In this document: one piece after another, positions 26,207 through 59,454 of the stretch | Layout of the letters: each line of letters begins with the position of its first letter | Position numbering within the stretch: the stretch's first letter is position 1 | From: Stylophora pistillata | Lineage: Eukaryota | Length of the DNA: 64,000 bases | Direction: 5' to 3' | Assembly: GCF_002571385.2 (NCBI RefSeq) | Contig: NW_019217813.1 | Location: 795,499-859,498, forward strand | The notes under the pieces: generated by a model | The model's database searches: none | What the model was told of the DNA's origin: nothing | Seen by the model: only the letters and a program-made list of their open reading frames with translations | Position numbers and translations under genes: made by a program

Positions 26207-27268
26207 ATGCCAATTGATGAGTTTATGGATAATTGCACAGAAAATATTGGAAGTTTCGACAACCTAACATGGCTATGGAACTCATCCAGTTTCAATAGAA
26301 GCGCTTCTCTGACGAAAGAATCGAATGAAGATCTTGGTTCACTTCTCATCACAAAGTTACAAATAGGTTTTCAGTTGATCATTGCTTTACTGGGAACTTT
26401 CGGTAATGTAATGGTTTTCACCGTCATTCGAGAGATGAAAAGGAAAAAATCAACGACCGATATTTTTGTACAAAATCTTTCTGTTGCGGACCTAGGAATC
26501 TTCTTGCTTTCAGCCCCACTCGTGGCTATCAAAGAGAGAATGCCTTATGATTGGCCTTTTGGGAAGTTTGCTTGTCTCTACTTGTATCCGATTCCCGAAA
26601 TGTTTCACGGGGCATCGGTTTGGTGCATAGCAGTTATTGCCTTCGACCGATATCGAAAGATAATAACACCGCGTAGACATAGTTGGAACAATTGCAGGGC
26701 CAAGTACGTTGTTGTCTCTGTGTGGGTTGTTTCTTTTCTAGCACTTTCTTTACCACTTTACTTTGTGGTAGAATATCAGAAAACATCCGGGAGATGGTGC
26801 GGTCCTAGATGGTCATCGCTGTTGCTAGCACAAGCGTGCATGATTTTGCTGACAGTTTTCTCATATTTGTTACCCCTAGCTGTGATCTCATGGACTTATC
26901 TGGCGATCTCGCGTACAATCCGTCGAAGTAACACATTGATCAAAAATATGACACGTGATAATGAAGCAGTGCAAGAAAAGGATTGTCGCTCTTCGACGAA
27001 AAATGCGCGCCTTCGTCAAAACAAGCGGGCAAAGAAAATTCTCACACCTATGGTTCTGGTGTTTGCGGTTACAATGCTTCCTCTGAACGTTCTCCGATTG
27101 ATCATCGTGTTTTGGCCTGCAGTGGGGGCACAAGACTATTACCAAAATCTGTTGTACACAATCTCGGTTTTCGTCATGTTGAACTCTGCGGTCAATCCAG
27201 TTATCTATTCAGTTGCAAGTAGGGACTTTCGCAGGGGAATGAAAAATTTATTTCATAAAGAATCGTAA
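26207..27268 (+). CDS. Intronless rhodopsin-class (class A) GPCR, neuropeptide-receptor-like, 353 aa
   Basis: First ATG of ORF 26135-27268 is at 26207 (alternative 26225). Seven hydrophobic segments; GN (TM1), NLSVAD (TM2), WPFG..C (ECL1), DRY, W4.50, YLLP (TM5), NPVIY (TM7), DFR (helix 8); N-terminal sequons NCT, NLT, NSS, NRS. Confidence 0.93.
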   Translation: MPIDEFMDNCTENIGSFDNLTWLWNSSSFNRSASLTKESNEDLGSLLITKLQIGFQLIIALLGTFGNVMVFTVIREMKRKKSTTDIFVQNLSVADLGIFLLSAPLVAIKERMPYDWPFGKFACLYLYPIPEMFHGASVWCIAVIAFDRYRKIITPRRHSWNNCRAKYVVVSVWVVSFLALSLPLYFVVEYQKTSGRWCGPRWSSLLLAQACMILLTVFSYLLPLAVISWTYLAISRTIRRSNTLIKNMTRDNEAVQEKDCRSSTKNARLRQNKRAKKILTPMVLVFAVTMLPLNVLRLIIVFWPAVGAQDYYQNLLYTISVFVMLNSAVNPVIYSVASRDFRRGMKNLFHKES

Positions 27269-28450
27269 AAAAACGGTTGAACGTTGTAAAATTTTATTCA
27301 AAGCCGATTTTTATTTACTAGATAACGACGGGTGAAAAGCCTTTTCTTAAAAAAAATGCCCAAAAAAAAAAAAATAAAAAAAAAATTACAACCTTCACAT
27401 TCGTGGGAATCGCTACTTCTACATTTTTGCGCCTCGGCTGTGTATTGCTTGCCATCTTTCGAAAGTATCATGAAAAAAAATTTCTAACTTTTAAAAGGTT
27501 CTTCATTAATTTCAATGTTTAAAGCATTCTGTCTTTTAGCTTTGCATTATACATCTTTTTTAAATCCCAATTCTTATAAAAGCGCTCTAGGACATTCGAG
27601 AATCTGGTGAAAGCGCTTTATATTATAAATAATGCATTAATATTCAGAGAGCGAGGAGTGTAGACAAAATTTCTAAAAGACACATCGTAAGGTACAGATA
27701 ACTTTCGGAATGTCAGTTTTATCTATGAAGAGAGCAATGTGTCTTTTGGATCAAACATTTTTCATTAGAAATAGCAAGAATAACAAAAGGATAATACAAA
27801 AAGGTGTCTAGATCACCTTGCATTTGGGGATAACAGGTGATAAAAACTCATATTGGCTTGAAATATTATTTCAACGCTTATCATGTTTATGTCGGTTGGC
27901 AGATTTGTATATTTTTTTTGCCAAAAACCTGAGTCCATTTAGAGCTGATAAATTTCGGTTCACTTATTTAAAAAAAGCAACCAACTTTTGGAAAGTTAAG
28001 ATATATAAAGGGGGAAATTAATGCTTGAAGAATTCTCTCGTTAATTCTATGGCAAATCTAATCAGAAAGCAGGGACTTTAAGCAGTCAGGACGGCAACGC
28101 CACGGAAGACGTCGATTAAAAATGAGTTTCTACTTTTAGTTAGAATTTCGAAAATGGCTGCATGTGTTTACCNNNNNNNNNNNNNNNNNNNNNNNNNNNN
28201 NNNNNNNNNNNNNNNNNNNNNNNNNNNNNNNNNNNNNNNNNNNNNNNNNNNNNNNNNNNNNNNNNNNNNNNNNNNNNNNNNNNNNNNNNNNNNNNNNNNN
28301 NNNNNNNNNNNNNNNNNNNNNNNNNNNNNNNNNNNNNNNNNNNNNNNNNNNNNNNNNNNNNNNNNNNNNNNNNNNNNNNNNNNNNNNNNNNNNNNNNNNN
28401 NNNNNNNNNNNNNNNNNNNNNNNNNNNNNNNNNNNNNNNNNNNNNNNNNN

Positions 28451-28838
28451 TCCCGTACAGGCCTGATTTTTTTCAGGTCTGATTTTCGCTATTGCTTAAA
28501 TAGCGCTATCTACTGCGAGGATCGTGCATCATACGTATCTAATACCGCAGTTCAAAATATATGAACTTCATATATTTCATTGTATCTGATTTATCACTTT
28601 TACGGGTTTATTACGAATCAACTTAACGGCCTGCTCCCAGTTGGCTTGTTAGCTCAATTGGTAGAGCGCTGCACTAGTATCGCAGAGGTCAGTGGTTCGA
28701 ATCCCGTAAAGGCCTGATTTTTTTCAGGTCTGATTTTCGCTATTGCATAAATAGCGCTATCTACTGCGAGGATCGTGCATTATACGTATCTAATACCGCA
28801 GTTCAAAATATATGATCTTCATATATTCATTGTATCTA
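28451..28838 (+). repeat. 251-bp tandem repeat with tRNA-derived head (28643-28714), running into an assembly gap
   Basis: Unit repeats at 28451 and 28702; A box TAGCTCAATTGG, B box GGTTCGAATCC; solo fragment at ~58149-58195. Confidence 0.85.
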
Positions 28839-30407
28839 AAGAAGTCGCCATCAAATCTATATTTGCCGTACATAAGGTTAAAAACGAAGTTTCCTTTCAA
28901 TAAGCAAGTACAGTTTACCGGTCTTGCTACAGAATAGAGCCAATCGCCTCGAATCGTATGAATAAACAGAGGAACTCGCGATAAGGTGTTACTTAAGCTG
29001 TCTGTCGACTAGCTGCTTTGCTTTTCAGCAGTTTCTCCAGCTTTACCTTTTTTGCCGCGGGTTTTTTCTTTGCCAATTTTGCCCATTACTCAACGTTCAA
29101 CAGAGCGAGATAAAAAAAACGTGACTGCTATGCGATACTCTTCCCGGGAAAATCTTGATGCATTTTCTCTGACCCCAGGAGGTCCCGTCTTCCCATTGGT
29201 TTGCAGTGTCAAGAGGAAAGATAATCTCTTGGTGTGGCGCTTGGAGTTTACAAACCTTTAAGAACTAAAATATCGCATTTGATTTTGAGAAGAATGCATC
29301 CACTCTGAGCGAATTTATAGGGTATATAGATTTGACCCATTTTCGTGAAATTTTCCCAAAACATTCCAGGGATAATGACGAGCGAAAGTGTGTGTCAGGA
29401 AATTTTGATATTTGAAATATTTTTCACTTGGTGTCCATTTACGCAACACGTCTCGCATTTTTTACGCTACTCTAACTTTGGATACGGATATCCAGACAAC
29501 CAATCAGAATATCGGAAAAGCCTGACACACTTTTATTGATTGATGTCTTGTGAATAAGACTGTGCAGCCATTTTGCTCGTACAGCGAGATCCGATACCCG
29601 ATAAATTCAATAGAAGGACCCTTGGTCGTTTCACGCCTTACCGGCTCCTGATACTCCCTTAACCCCTCACACATGTGATAATCCTTTCGTGTTTTCCACA
29701 TGAAGACGAGGCTAGTAAGTCAAAAACAATGATAATTCAAATTGAACGCCATATTTTGATTCGGTGAATTAAACTTTCTTTTGATGTATAGCTTGTTAGG
29801 GTTTTCTCCAAACTAGCGCGCGTCCGAATTTTTTCCCGAAGGACACCCGCGAAGGAGGGAAGTAATCTTAAAAGGTAGCATTAGGTAACAACTTTGTCTT
29901 TCATTAATAAGAGCAAAGAGGTACTTAGCCTTTTAAAAGGTCTTAATTTTTTGTCAATGTTACTTGGTGTTTGTAAGGAAGGAAATCAATCAGAATAAAA
30001 TGAGCTCAAAATCCTAACAGGAAAGTTTAAAATGATTTATGTAATTAAGAGCTTTAGATGATGAAAAACTAGCCATGATGGACGATGCAATATAGGTGAT
30101 TTCCAAAAGCAAAAAAATCTGTTTTTGTCGGCTTGGGCACAACGACAAGTGAGTCAAGGACTCAAGATTCCATGCAGCTGGAATAACATGGGGGTTTTAT
30201 TGCGTTCCAAACTAACTGCTGGATCGCACTGCAAGGTTTTTCCAGTTCGGCACTGATCTTGTGGAACTTGCAATTGAGAAGGGAGGCCGGCATTTAAACT
30301 CTTTTTGCTCGATTGATTTACTGCTAAGGTGAATAGCGCGCCTCATATTTTAATTAAGACCGTAGTTAATAGAGAAAAAAATTCCTTCACGTCTCAGACC
30401 CGCCTTT

Positions 30408-50974
<20,567 letters not shown>

Positions 50975-51785
50975 TGTAGTTAGCTCTGTTGTGATCACTT
51001 CTGCCTAGTATTTCACTTCTGAGCTCACTTGAGTTAATACTACTATAGGAAACTCCACCGCACTTCGACATTACTCTGACAAGTGATCCTTGTAATTTAA
51101 AGAAACTATTCAGTCATCAAGCGCAATGTTTACCAACGAAACGCGTTATTTCGACGTGCAGCTCCATTAGACATCCGAATTAAGGCTGATCCGTGAAGCA
51201 TAAATTACACACAAGGGAACCGACAACTCTGTCAACCGTCGAAATTCATCCAAACGCCATTGGTCAAGAGATTCACTCTTGACATTTTCATTGAATGTTA
51301 ATGCATGGATGCTCTGAATACTCAGTTGTGTGTTTGGACTTCAAAAAACATTTACTTTTGTTTACTCTTTAATTCAGAAGTCAAAGTACCTCTTAACGAA
51401 ACGAAGATCTCATACCAGATTAATCTCCAGGAATCATTTGGCACTCAATTTTAAATGACTTGTACGCGATCAACTTGAAACTTGAACATCCTAAGCCTAT
51501 CAACTCAGTTCTTAACGGAAGTCGGGTGAATGCAAATTTCGATGAGTTTATTTAAGTGATAATCATTCCATAACTCTCAAACCTCGACTCAAAAAATTTT
51601 AATTTAGTTCCAAGATCTTTCAAAGTTATTAGCACCATAGCCTGCCTTCGGTCTCAAAATATCTTAAAATTTCTTTTGCTATATACTTATTAGACTATGT
51701 GGAGCCCTTCTTTTTTGCGTTTGAAATCATCATCATGCCAAATTCAATTGTCAAGCTGCCAATATTAGCTGATGATAGCTAGTGA

Positions 51786-52058
51786 GGACAAAACAACGGA
51801 ATATGGGGAGGGGGGACAAAACAACGGGATACGGGGAGGGGGGACAAAACATCGGGATACGCGGAGGGGGACAAAACAGCGGGATACGGGGAGGGGGACA
51901 AAACAACGAGATACGGGGGGGAATAAAACAACGGGATACGGGGAGAGGGGACAAAACAACAGGATACGGGGAGGGGGAAAAACAACGGGATACAGGGAGG
52001 GGGACAAAACAACAGGATACGGGAAGGGGGGACAAAACAACGGGATACGGGGAGGGGG
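51786..52058 (+). repeat. G-rich minisatellite, 10 copies of ~27-28 bp
   Basis: Consensus GGACAAAACAACGGGATACGGGGAGGG. Confidence 0.95.
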
Positions 52059-55000
52059 TGAGAAGCCGACGGGAGGAAGGAATTTTGAGTCACTCGAAAC
52101 ACTTTTAATTAGTAATCTAATTGGTAATTCTCCCTTTCGGTAAACTGCAAATCGGGTTATAAAATCTCTTATCATATGTCGATAACAGGTAGTAGCTGAT
52201 AAGTTTGTTAATTCATTTTAGCTGTCGGTTAGGTAATTTATTGTGTTGATGCTTAAAGAAGAAGTTTGTTGATGATCACCTTGGGCCACGTACGCCGGGA
52301 GTCATATGAAATTCTTTGAAAGATAACGCTAAGGAAATTCGTGTGCTTGACGCCTGGGAAAATGTCTCGTTAAATTGGAAGTTTCTGTACCACGTTTGCT
52401 TTGGGATGAGGCTTCAGGATAAGTACTACGTCACGGTTGTTGAATCTCGAAAAAGTTCAACAGATTTTCTGATCATTTGCTATCCGTTCGATGTTTGGCA
52501 TCCCAAGCTATCGCCGGTTTATAGATCCGTGGTTTACTTTTGCATCTCACTTGTTTGTCTTCTCAAGCAAATCGCTAAATATATTTTTAAGCTTCAGCTC
52601 TCTATTCAAACAGAAGCATATGTTCCTAATCTGGCGGCTGTTTTAATGCTAAATGAATCCAAACCGTGACGTAGACGTTTGTCATATAAATTAAATGGGA
52701 GCCATTACAAAACCACATACAGTATCCGCAGTCATCACCTCGACGCTTCTCAAGCTATTTTGCTAAACCATATTATTGAATTTTCATTTAGCTATTGGCT
52801 CAGTTTTCGCAAAGCTTCAATGCAAACATAAAGCTTTTAGTTTCTAGTGGGCTTAATGACTCCTAAAAAACGGGAATAAATTATTCTTTTAGTTCAACAA
52901 ACGCGGATAGGTTGCAAGAAGACGTTGTGATCCCTAACACGCTGTGAACGCGAAATCGGCTAATCATATCCCTCCTTGTTATTCATCCTTAGTCGAATTG
53001 CGTCTTTAAATATTTTGTCTTTAATCAGTCATACGATATCTAAATATTGCTTTTTTACCAATTCTTATTTCGAAATCAAGCAACCTATTCGCCATTTTAA
53101 TGTCAATAGTAGTAATTGCATTTGAATATTTTAAAAACAAACTTATCGTTGCAGTCATCAACACTACAAACTCAAAATATCTCGTCGCACGCTCTTTCGC
53201 AACCATTTCAAGTACGTTTAAGTGAAAACTCGGACTTTGCTCGTCTAGTTCCTTTTCATGGGAGCTTCTGACTTTTCTCCAAATTTTTTCCGATATCTAT
53301 GACGTATAGCTAAGTATATTTTTTAAATTCTTGGAAAGGAATCAGGTCGGTAAATAAAACAATCGATATCGCTAAGTTTTGTCACCTGTGCGTTTCGCAC
53401 TGAATTGCTTTGTAATTGAAAATGGACATATTGTTGTCTTCGAGTTTATCTCCTTTAGAAGATTTCGATCTCGAGTTAAATTTACTTTAACAAGGTTTTG
53501 GATATGCTATGCAACTATTACATCAGGACCTCAACAAGTTAAAGCAATCTAAAAGGTTTTATACCAATATATTATTTTCGTGATCGGAGTTGTGCTTTCT
53601 TTTCAAAAAGGTGAGAAAAAAAAATAAAACGTAATGTTTTGATACTTCAAACGTCAACATAATTCATATTTATCGGTTTGTATATTTTCACTTTAAAAGC
53701 CTCAAGTCGATAACTTATTATCATTTAGCGACTTATCGCCATACCTCTCTATCCGACTGTCGGTTCATATTTGCGCTCCACAATAACCAGTTGATTTTTC
53801 CGTGAAATTTGTCAAGAATCTGACGTTTCATAAGAAGTTGGGAATTCCTAGCAAGAGGTTTACGATACCAAGGAGTGACTCATGTACTACTGAGAAGACT
53901 TATGGTTTCGATAAGCCTTTAGGAAAGCTATGAGAAGCTTAAGTTAATGAAAATCACCTGCGGAACTTAGCGAATCCAACTTTCTCTAAGGTAGTCAAGA
54001 GGGATCAACGTTGCTTACTTTTGAACATTGCAAGCTAATATTTTAAGTACAGAGTCGAATCGAGATTCTCAGAGAACGAACAGAATTGTGTTTACAATTA
54101 GCTGTTTTTACAGACCCGCGGCGAAGCGGTATAACTATCTAAGGAACCAAAATAGGATAGAAAAAAGATTCTGGTGAGTTTTGCACTGATCTTAGGATTT
54201 ACATTAGGAGCGCGGATATAATTATTCAACGATTTTAAAATTTCCTTCATTTTAGGCGCTGCTTCGAAAGAAGAATCTTACGACCTTGGCATAAATCATC
54301 TTACGGGCGGAAACACATCCAACTCTTAAGGTAAAGACGACTATAAATTTCAATGGAAGATATATTTGCGAACAGGAAGAAACAAACGAACACTCAAAGA
54401 AAGGCAGCAAGGTGTACCAAAATGCTCAAACTGGTGATAACAATTTATTTTCATGACTAGTTTTGATGTAGGCCTATCAAGCTCGCTGAAAGAGGCATTT
54501 TAGCTGCTCCTTTCTCCTGAATGAGCTGTGCCAGACTATTGCATGTGGTTCTTTAAATTCAGAGTTTTTCCACCAAAGCAGAGAGCGACACAACCTTCGC
54601 TCCCATCGGCCGTAAGAAGCCGAGCTGATTAATTCATAGTTAAAGATCTACCGCCAAAGGATAACGTACTACTTAAACGAATTTCCTTGGATTAAATTTA
54701 TCGGTGTTAGCCCAACGAAACTTTTTTACCGCTAATAGGTCAGCATTTACCATTTTCAGAAATCACTTACCAATTAGATGAAAAAGAATCTTTACCCAAG
54801 CATTACCATTAGCCTTTGGAGAACATCGCCGAAACGTGTGCATCAAGACCCTCTTTCCCATGCAAATTACCCATTTAAGGCTTTTCATCTGAAACGTCAA
54901 AGCAAAATTGCTTTGACGAAAGCCGCAACGCTCTCCATCACGCTTTTGTACTCGTTAAGAAAACTCTGTACCATAAAGAAGTGTTCAAAGACATAAGGCA

Positions 55001-56116
55001 CCAAATCGGGCCTTAGTCTCCAGGTAACGTTTGTGACAATACAGATTCCTGTAAATTCTCTTCTTTAGCGTGTTACTGCTAATATTCGGGCCAAGAGGAA
55101 GCTGTATAAGGTAGTTTCTTTGATTTTTTAGTTTTGCCCTGTTTTTTTTTTTTTTTTAGTTCATTAATATCTTTTAGGGGAGTTTCAAGACTGAGTTACA
55201 TACGTACCCTAGATCATGACTGTGGAGTCAATAATTTAGGTTTAAAATGTAAATACAAACTGGTGGTTTTTTTTTTTCGAATGTACACAGATGGAAGATG
55301 TTAATTTGAGTTCATCCTATTAAACAAAAGAAGGTCAACTCACAAAAATTCAAGGGTAGTGACAAGAATCAAAGCAGATTGATACCTTTCCCAATAGGTA
55401 GGGTAACTTCATTTTACCTATTACCCCTCGACCCTTACTTAACACCGAGATATTTTTCTTAGACGGACCGACTTCGGCTGGCAAATGACTTGTTTATTTC
55501 CCACCCCCCGGTGAATTGATTTATAATGGATTTTTGTATACATAACAACTTTATTTGCTTAGACTTTGTGCTTCACGGCTGAAACCGTTGGCAAGTTGAA
55601 AAACGAAAAACAAAAAAAAAAAAAACTTTGCACGATCAGATCTGAGTAGCTTAGCGCTAAAGCCGCATGTTGAATTGATCGGATCAATCCTTTCGTTTCA
55701 CTACTAAGATCTTATTAGTAATTCTCCTGAGTTTTAGTCCACAGTTTTGGAATTTTAAAGCTTTGAGGGTTAAAATTCCCTGCACATGTAGTATACACTT
55801 AAAATACTGGTCTACTTTTTTTGCCAAGAGGTCCTTTCACCTTTCATTGTGAGCAATCATTTGGCCAAAATCGGTGCCCTGAACAAAATTTTTCATCTAA
55901 GCTCTTGCCTTAGTTCACGCGAGCAACTTTCTTATGAGGCTTGTGATAAATATTTCATAAGATCATTACAAGGGGTGACATTTGTTCAAAAAAGCTGAAA
56001 AAAAAAAAACCAAAACAATACAAAACATCATCATTATTATTGAAAACAACAAGCTAATTGATGCAGTCGCGCCACTGGGTGCCTACAAAACCTAAAGCAG
56101 TCTGAGTTTTTCTCGT

Positions 56117-56345
56117 TGCCATGTTTCTACCAATAACGTAGCTCCATTTTCTGCCTTTAAAAGCACACACAACCCACAATTCCTTTATTCGCTCCGACGA
56201 AGGGCTAACGCTCGAAACGTCAGCTTTTGTAATCGTTACGGTGGCCAATTTACCATTTCAACTTTGTTGATATATCCAAATTATTTCGTTACTCCCACCG
56301 ACGCAGCCCCAAACAGTTTCTTTCCAAACTATCAGCCTTTATTCA
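56117..56345 (+). mobile_element. Penelope-like element 3'/pLTR fragment with a minimal hammerhead motif (56191-56224)
   Basis: GCT-CCGACGA-aGGGC(taac)GCTC-GAAA-CGT-C-AGC with palindromic ACGT stem III; downstream CCCACCGACGCAGC...ACAGTTTCTTT is shared with 49055-49172. Confidence 0.65.
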
Positions 56346-59229
56346 TGAGTAGGATTGAACTGGCCCTTTTTACCAATCTTGAAAATTTCAATTTTTTGCC
56401 CTATCAACTGGTTTCTCTTCCCTGACTCTATAAACACCTTCTTGCAGTGTTGTATCTTGCACGAATTTCAATTTGGTCTAGGGATAAATTTCTTAGGTCC
56501 GATGATTCGCATGGCTTCGCTTTAATTTGTTTCCTCCCATAATCCGAACGTCTGTCGGCAATTCTTTCATCTTGGAGTTAGAATAGGAAGAGAAACAAAA
56601 AGCATGTTAGCTTGATCTTACGTCCGACCTGATATGTTTACAAATTAAAGTAGGAGCATAAATATAAAGCATGAATACAAATTGAATACAGGTAGGGTTT
56701 TTTATTCGCCAGCAATTTTTTTTATAGTTATCAGTAAACTATATGACAATATATAAATGGGAAGATAAAATAATAATAAAAAAAAAACGTTCGCTTCAAA
56801 CCACATTTTTAGTGAGAGCACAGCAGAAGAGTGTAATAATGCTCTTCAGTTTGCACTATTCTGATAATACATTTTCTGAAATAACCAATCTCCTTTATCA
56901 CAGCACGAGTTTACTGCTTAAAGAAAATGAGATGTGCAAGATATGGCGAGGAAATTAGTTAGTAGCAATTACTGAGAATTAGGTCAGGTTTAAAAGTCCA
57001 ATGTTTGGATATTGATAAATATTTTTTTATGTTGTTAAACTGAAATAGACTTCTCTCGAATGCGAGAAAATCGATTGAAATTGCAAGAAAAAGACCCCTT
57101 TTTGCTTACTTTCAAGGCCTGAATAAACTTACACACACATAAAAGGTCATAAAAGATTTCTCTACTGTTCTGACAGCGTTTTCCGCCCACATACTGTTTA
57201 GTTTATTTCTAAAATTATGATCAGTCACCATAAACGTAGATCATCCGTAACACCACATCGACTTTTATTGTTTACATTCTTCAAAGTTCTTTAAATGACA
57301 CATGCCACATTCTGTGTCAGCAGAGGATCGCGCTATATCTCCATCAGTACGTTATGTATCAAAGTTTTAGTGTCTATTCATCCGGCGATTTAGCCCTACA
57401 TTTAAGGCTAAATGAACCGCAAATTAATTATCATACCGAAGGCTATGTTTGACGTCAAGTCCGACACAGCGCGGGGTAACTGTATAAATTTTCAAACTGC
57501 TGCGAATTGTAACTACCGAATTACATCCTTTCATAATGTGCCAGCCTTTGACCGCACTCTGGGAGAATCATGATGCCATAGTACGAATCTACACTTTGAA
57601 GTGATTTATTAATATTACACTCCGAAGTTCTCCAAGTAAGTTTCCTTCGTATCATCAGTTAAGTTTTCTCTGTACGTAAGCAGAGTTATTCATTACGCAA
57701 GGACGCAGGAATTACTTAGAGATTTGTACTTGAGGACCTTGAGGGCAGTGTGTTCATTATATCAAGATTCGTTTCTATTCAAGGTTATTCTCTTTGACGC
57801 TGAAACTGGCTCTAAAATTGGGTGATGTATATCCTTTAATATCGACCGCGAGAATGACGCATTGTAGTCTTTGAAAAAAGTGTATCGTCCAGTTTGATTT
57901 ATCTCCGTCTGACCATTGTCGTTAACCATTTGGTTCGAGTTTAGAACAACTGACGAACTAATGTTCTAAATGTGCGCGCACTGACATTGCTACTTGTACT
58001 TATGAAGTCGTTCAACGCACAAACAAGTAGCTGGTAAAAAGACAGCACTGAAATCAAGCATTGAACTCGAAGCGCTAATTCATTATGAATACCTCGGCAT
58101 CTTCAACATTAACAATATTCCAATAAATATGTATGATACATATCTACAACCGCAGTTCAAAATATATGAACTTCATATATTCATTGTATCTGATTACAAT
58201 AAATGTAGAACAGTTCTATGATTTTCAACAGTTTAGCTGTCAAAACTCATTTCGATAACTAAAACAACACCGCTACAGATGTAAAGCTGAGAAATTATTT
58301 ATTCATGCAGACAATTGTTTGGAAAAGAGGGTATTCAAGTCAGTTGTATCTTGATCAACAGCTTTAACTTTAATTTTAATTATCAAACATATGAGGTTGC
58401 TGGAGTAACATCTTTTTAATTTCCCCTTGTTTGGCGACTTGTTTTCATTTCTGCGGCATATCATAATAAAAAGGTATTATTTCTGTGAATTATAGACATA
58501 TCTAGTTTCCCGCTCGTCAGACATGAAGTGTGGGGAAAAAATACAGAAGGCCGTGAAAAACGAGAAAAATTGAATTTTCTAGTAGGTGAATTCTAGCTCA
58601 GGTAAGCGACTCAAACTATTTTAGTTTAATCCTTTTGATAACAGGAAAAATCATGTTTCAATGTATGAATTTTCCAGCTGTAATCAAGGTTTTCGCAAAT
58701 TATTTAGCATCACATTTACAAACATTCATTTTCAATATCTCTGCCGCCGAGAAAGCAAAGGAAATTTTAAGGTCTTTTGTATGAATACCTTTTTTCTAAT
58801 ATTTTGCCGCTTTTTTTCCTGCTTGGCAGATGGTGCCAGTAAGGACGGTTTTTTCAGTTGTTTTTCAATTGACGACGGGTCGTTAACTTGAAATGCTGGG
58901 TTAACTTTTTAAGGTTCATTTGGGACTATGAGGCACGTTTGAGATCGTCCGTTCCTGGCAAAATTTTGCCGTTTATTTTATACTGTCTAATGAGCACTAA
59001 TCATTCATGCTTACGTTTTTGGCGCCGTCGATACCCATAGTCAATGATAATTATTTTTGAATTATTTTTGAAAGACGAGAAGAGTTTCACAAAGTGAAGG
59101 GCTTTAAATTTTAGTTGGTTGTCTGTCAGTAAAATTGCTTTAGGTTACCTAAGGTTACGACACCCATTTTGGATCGAACCAAAAATGTCCACGAGATTTG
59201 ACACATTAGCGACTCTAAACCTTATTTAA

Positions 59230-59454
59230 AGGGCCGACCATTTAACTGTTGAGGGGGGGGTTGGGGGTGATTTCTGGTCATCAAGACATGTTTTTTCCTA
59301 GCATTCTGCTGTGCAGGAAATTTTTTTCCGTTCTGAATGCTCTTTTTTTCTGTTACATGTGGGCTGCATGCAATTTTTTTCTTCCAACAAGCGCTTGCAG
59401 GAAATTTTCTTTCAAAACCACCCACCCCCCCTCAAGAGTTAAATGGTCGGCCCC
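59230..59454. mobile_element. PIF/Harbinger (Tourist)-like MITE with TAA TSD
   Basis: taa-AGGGCCGACCATTTAACT...AGTTAAATGGTCGGCCCC-taa; extended inverted G/C tracts. Confidence 0.85.

Noticed and set aside
28643-28714. Functional tRNA gene
   Set aside because: Imperfect acceptor and anticodon arms and embedded in a 251-bp tandem unit; better explained as a SINE-type head
51751-52175. Pro-rich or Gly-rich repetitive ORFs, or a CRISPR-like array
   Set aside because: Translations of a minisatellite; no unique spacers and the context is eukaryotic
58506-58520. Minus-strand CTGACGA...GAAAC hammerhead-like core (similar cases near 11411 and 57652)
   Set aside because: No stem II can form between the boxes
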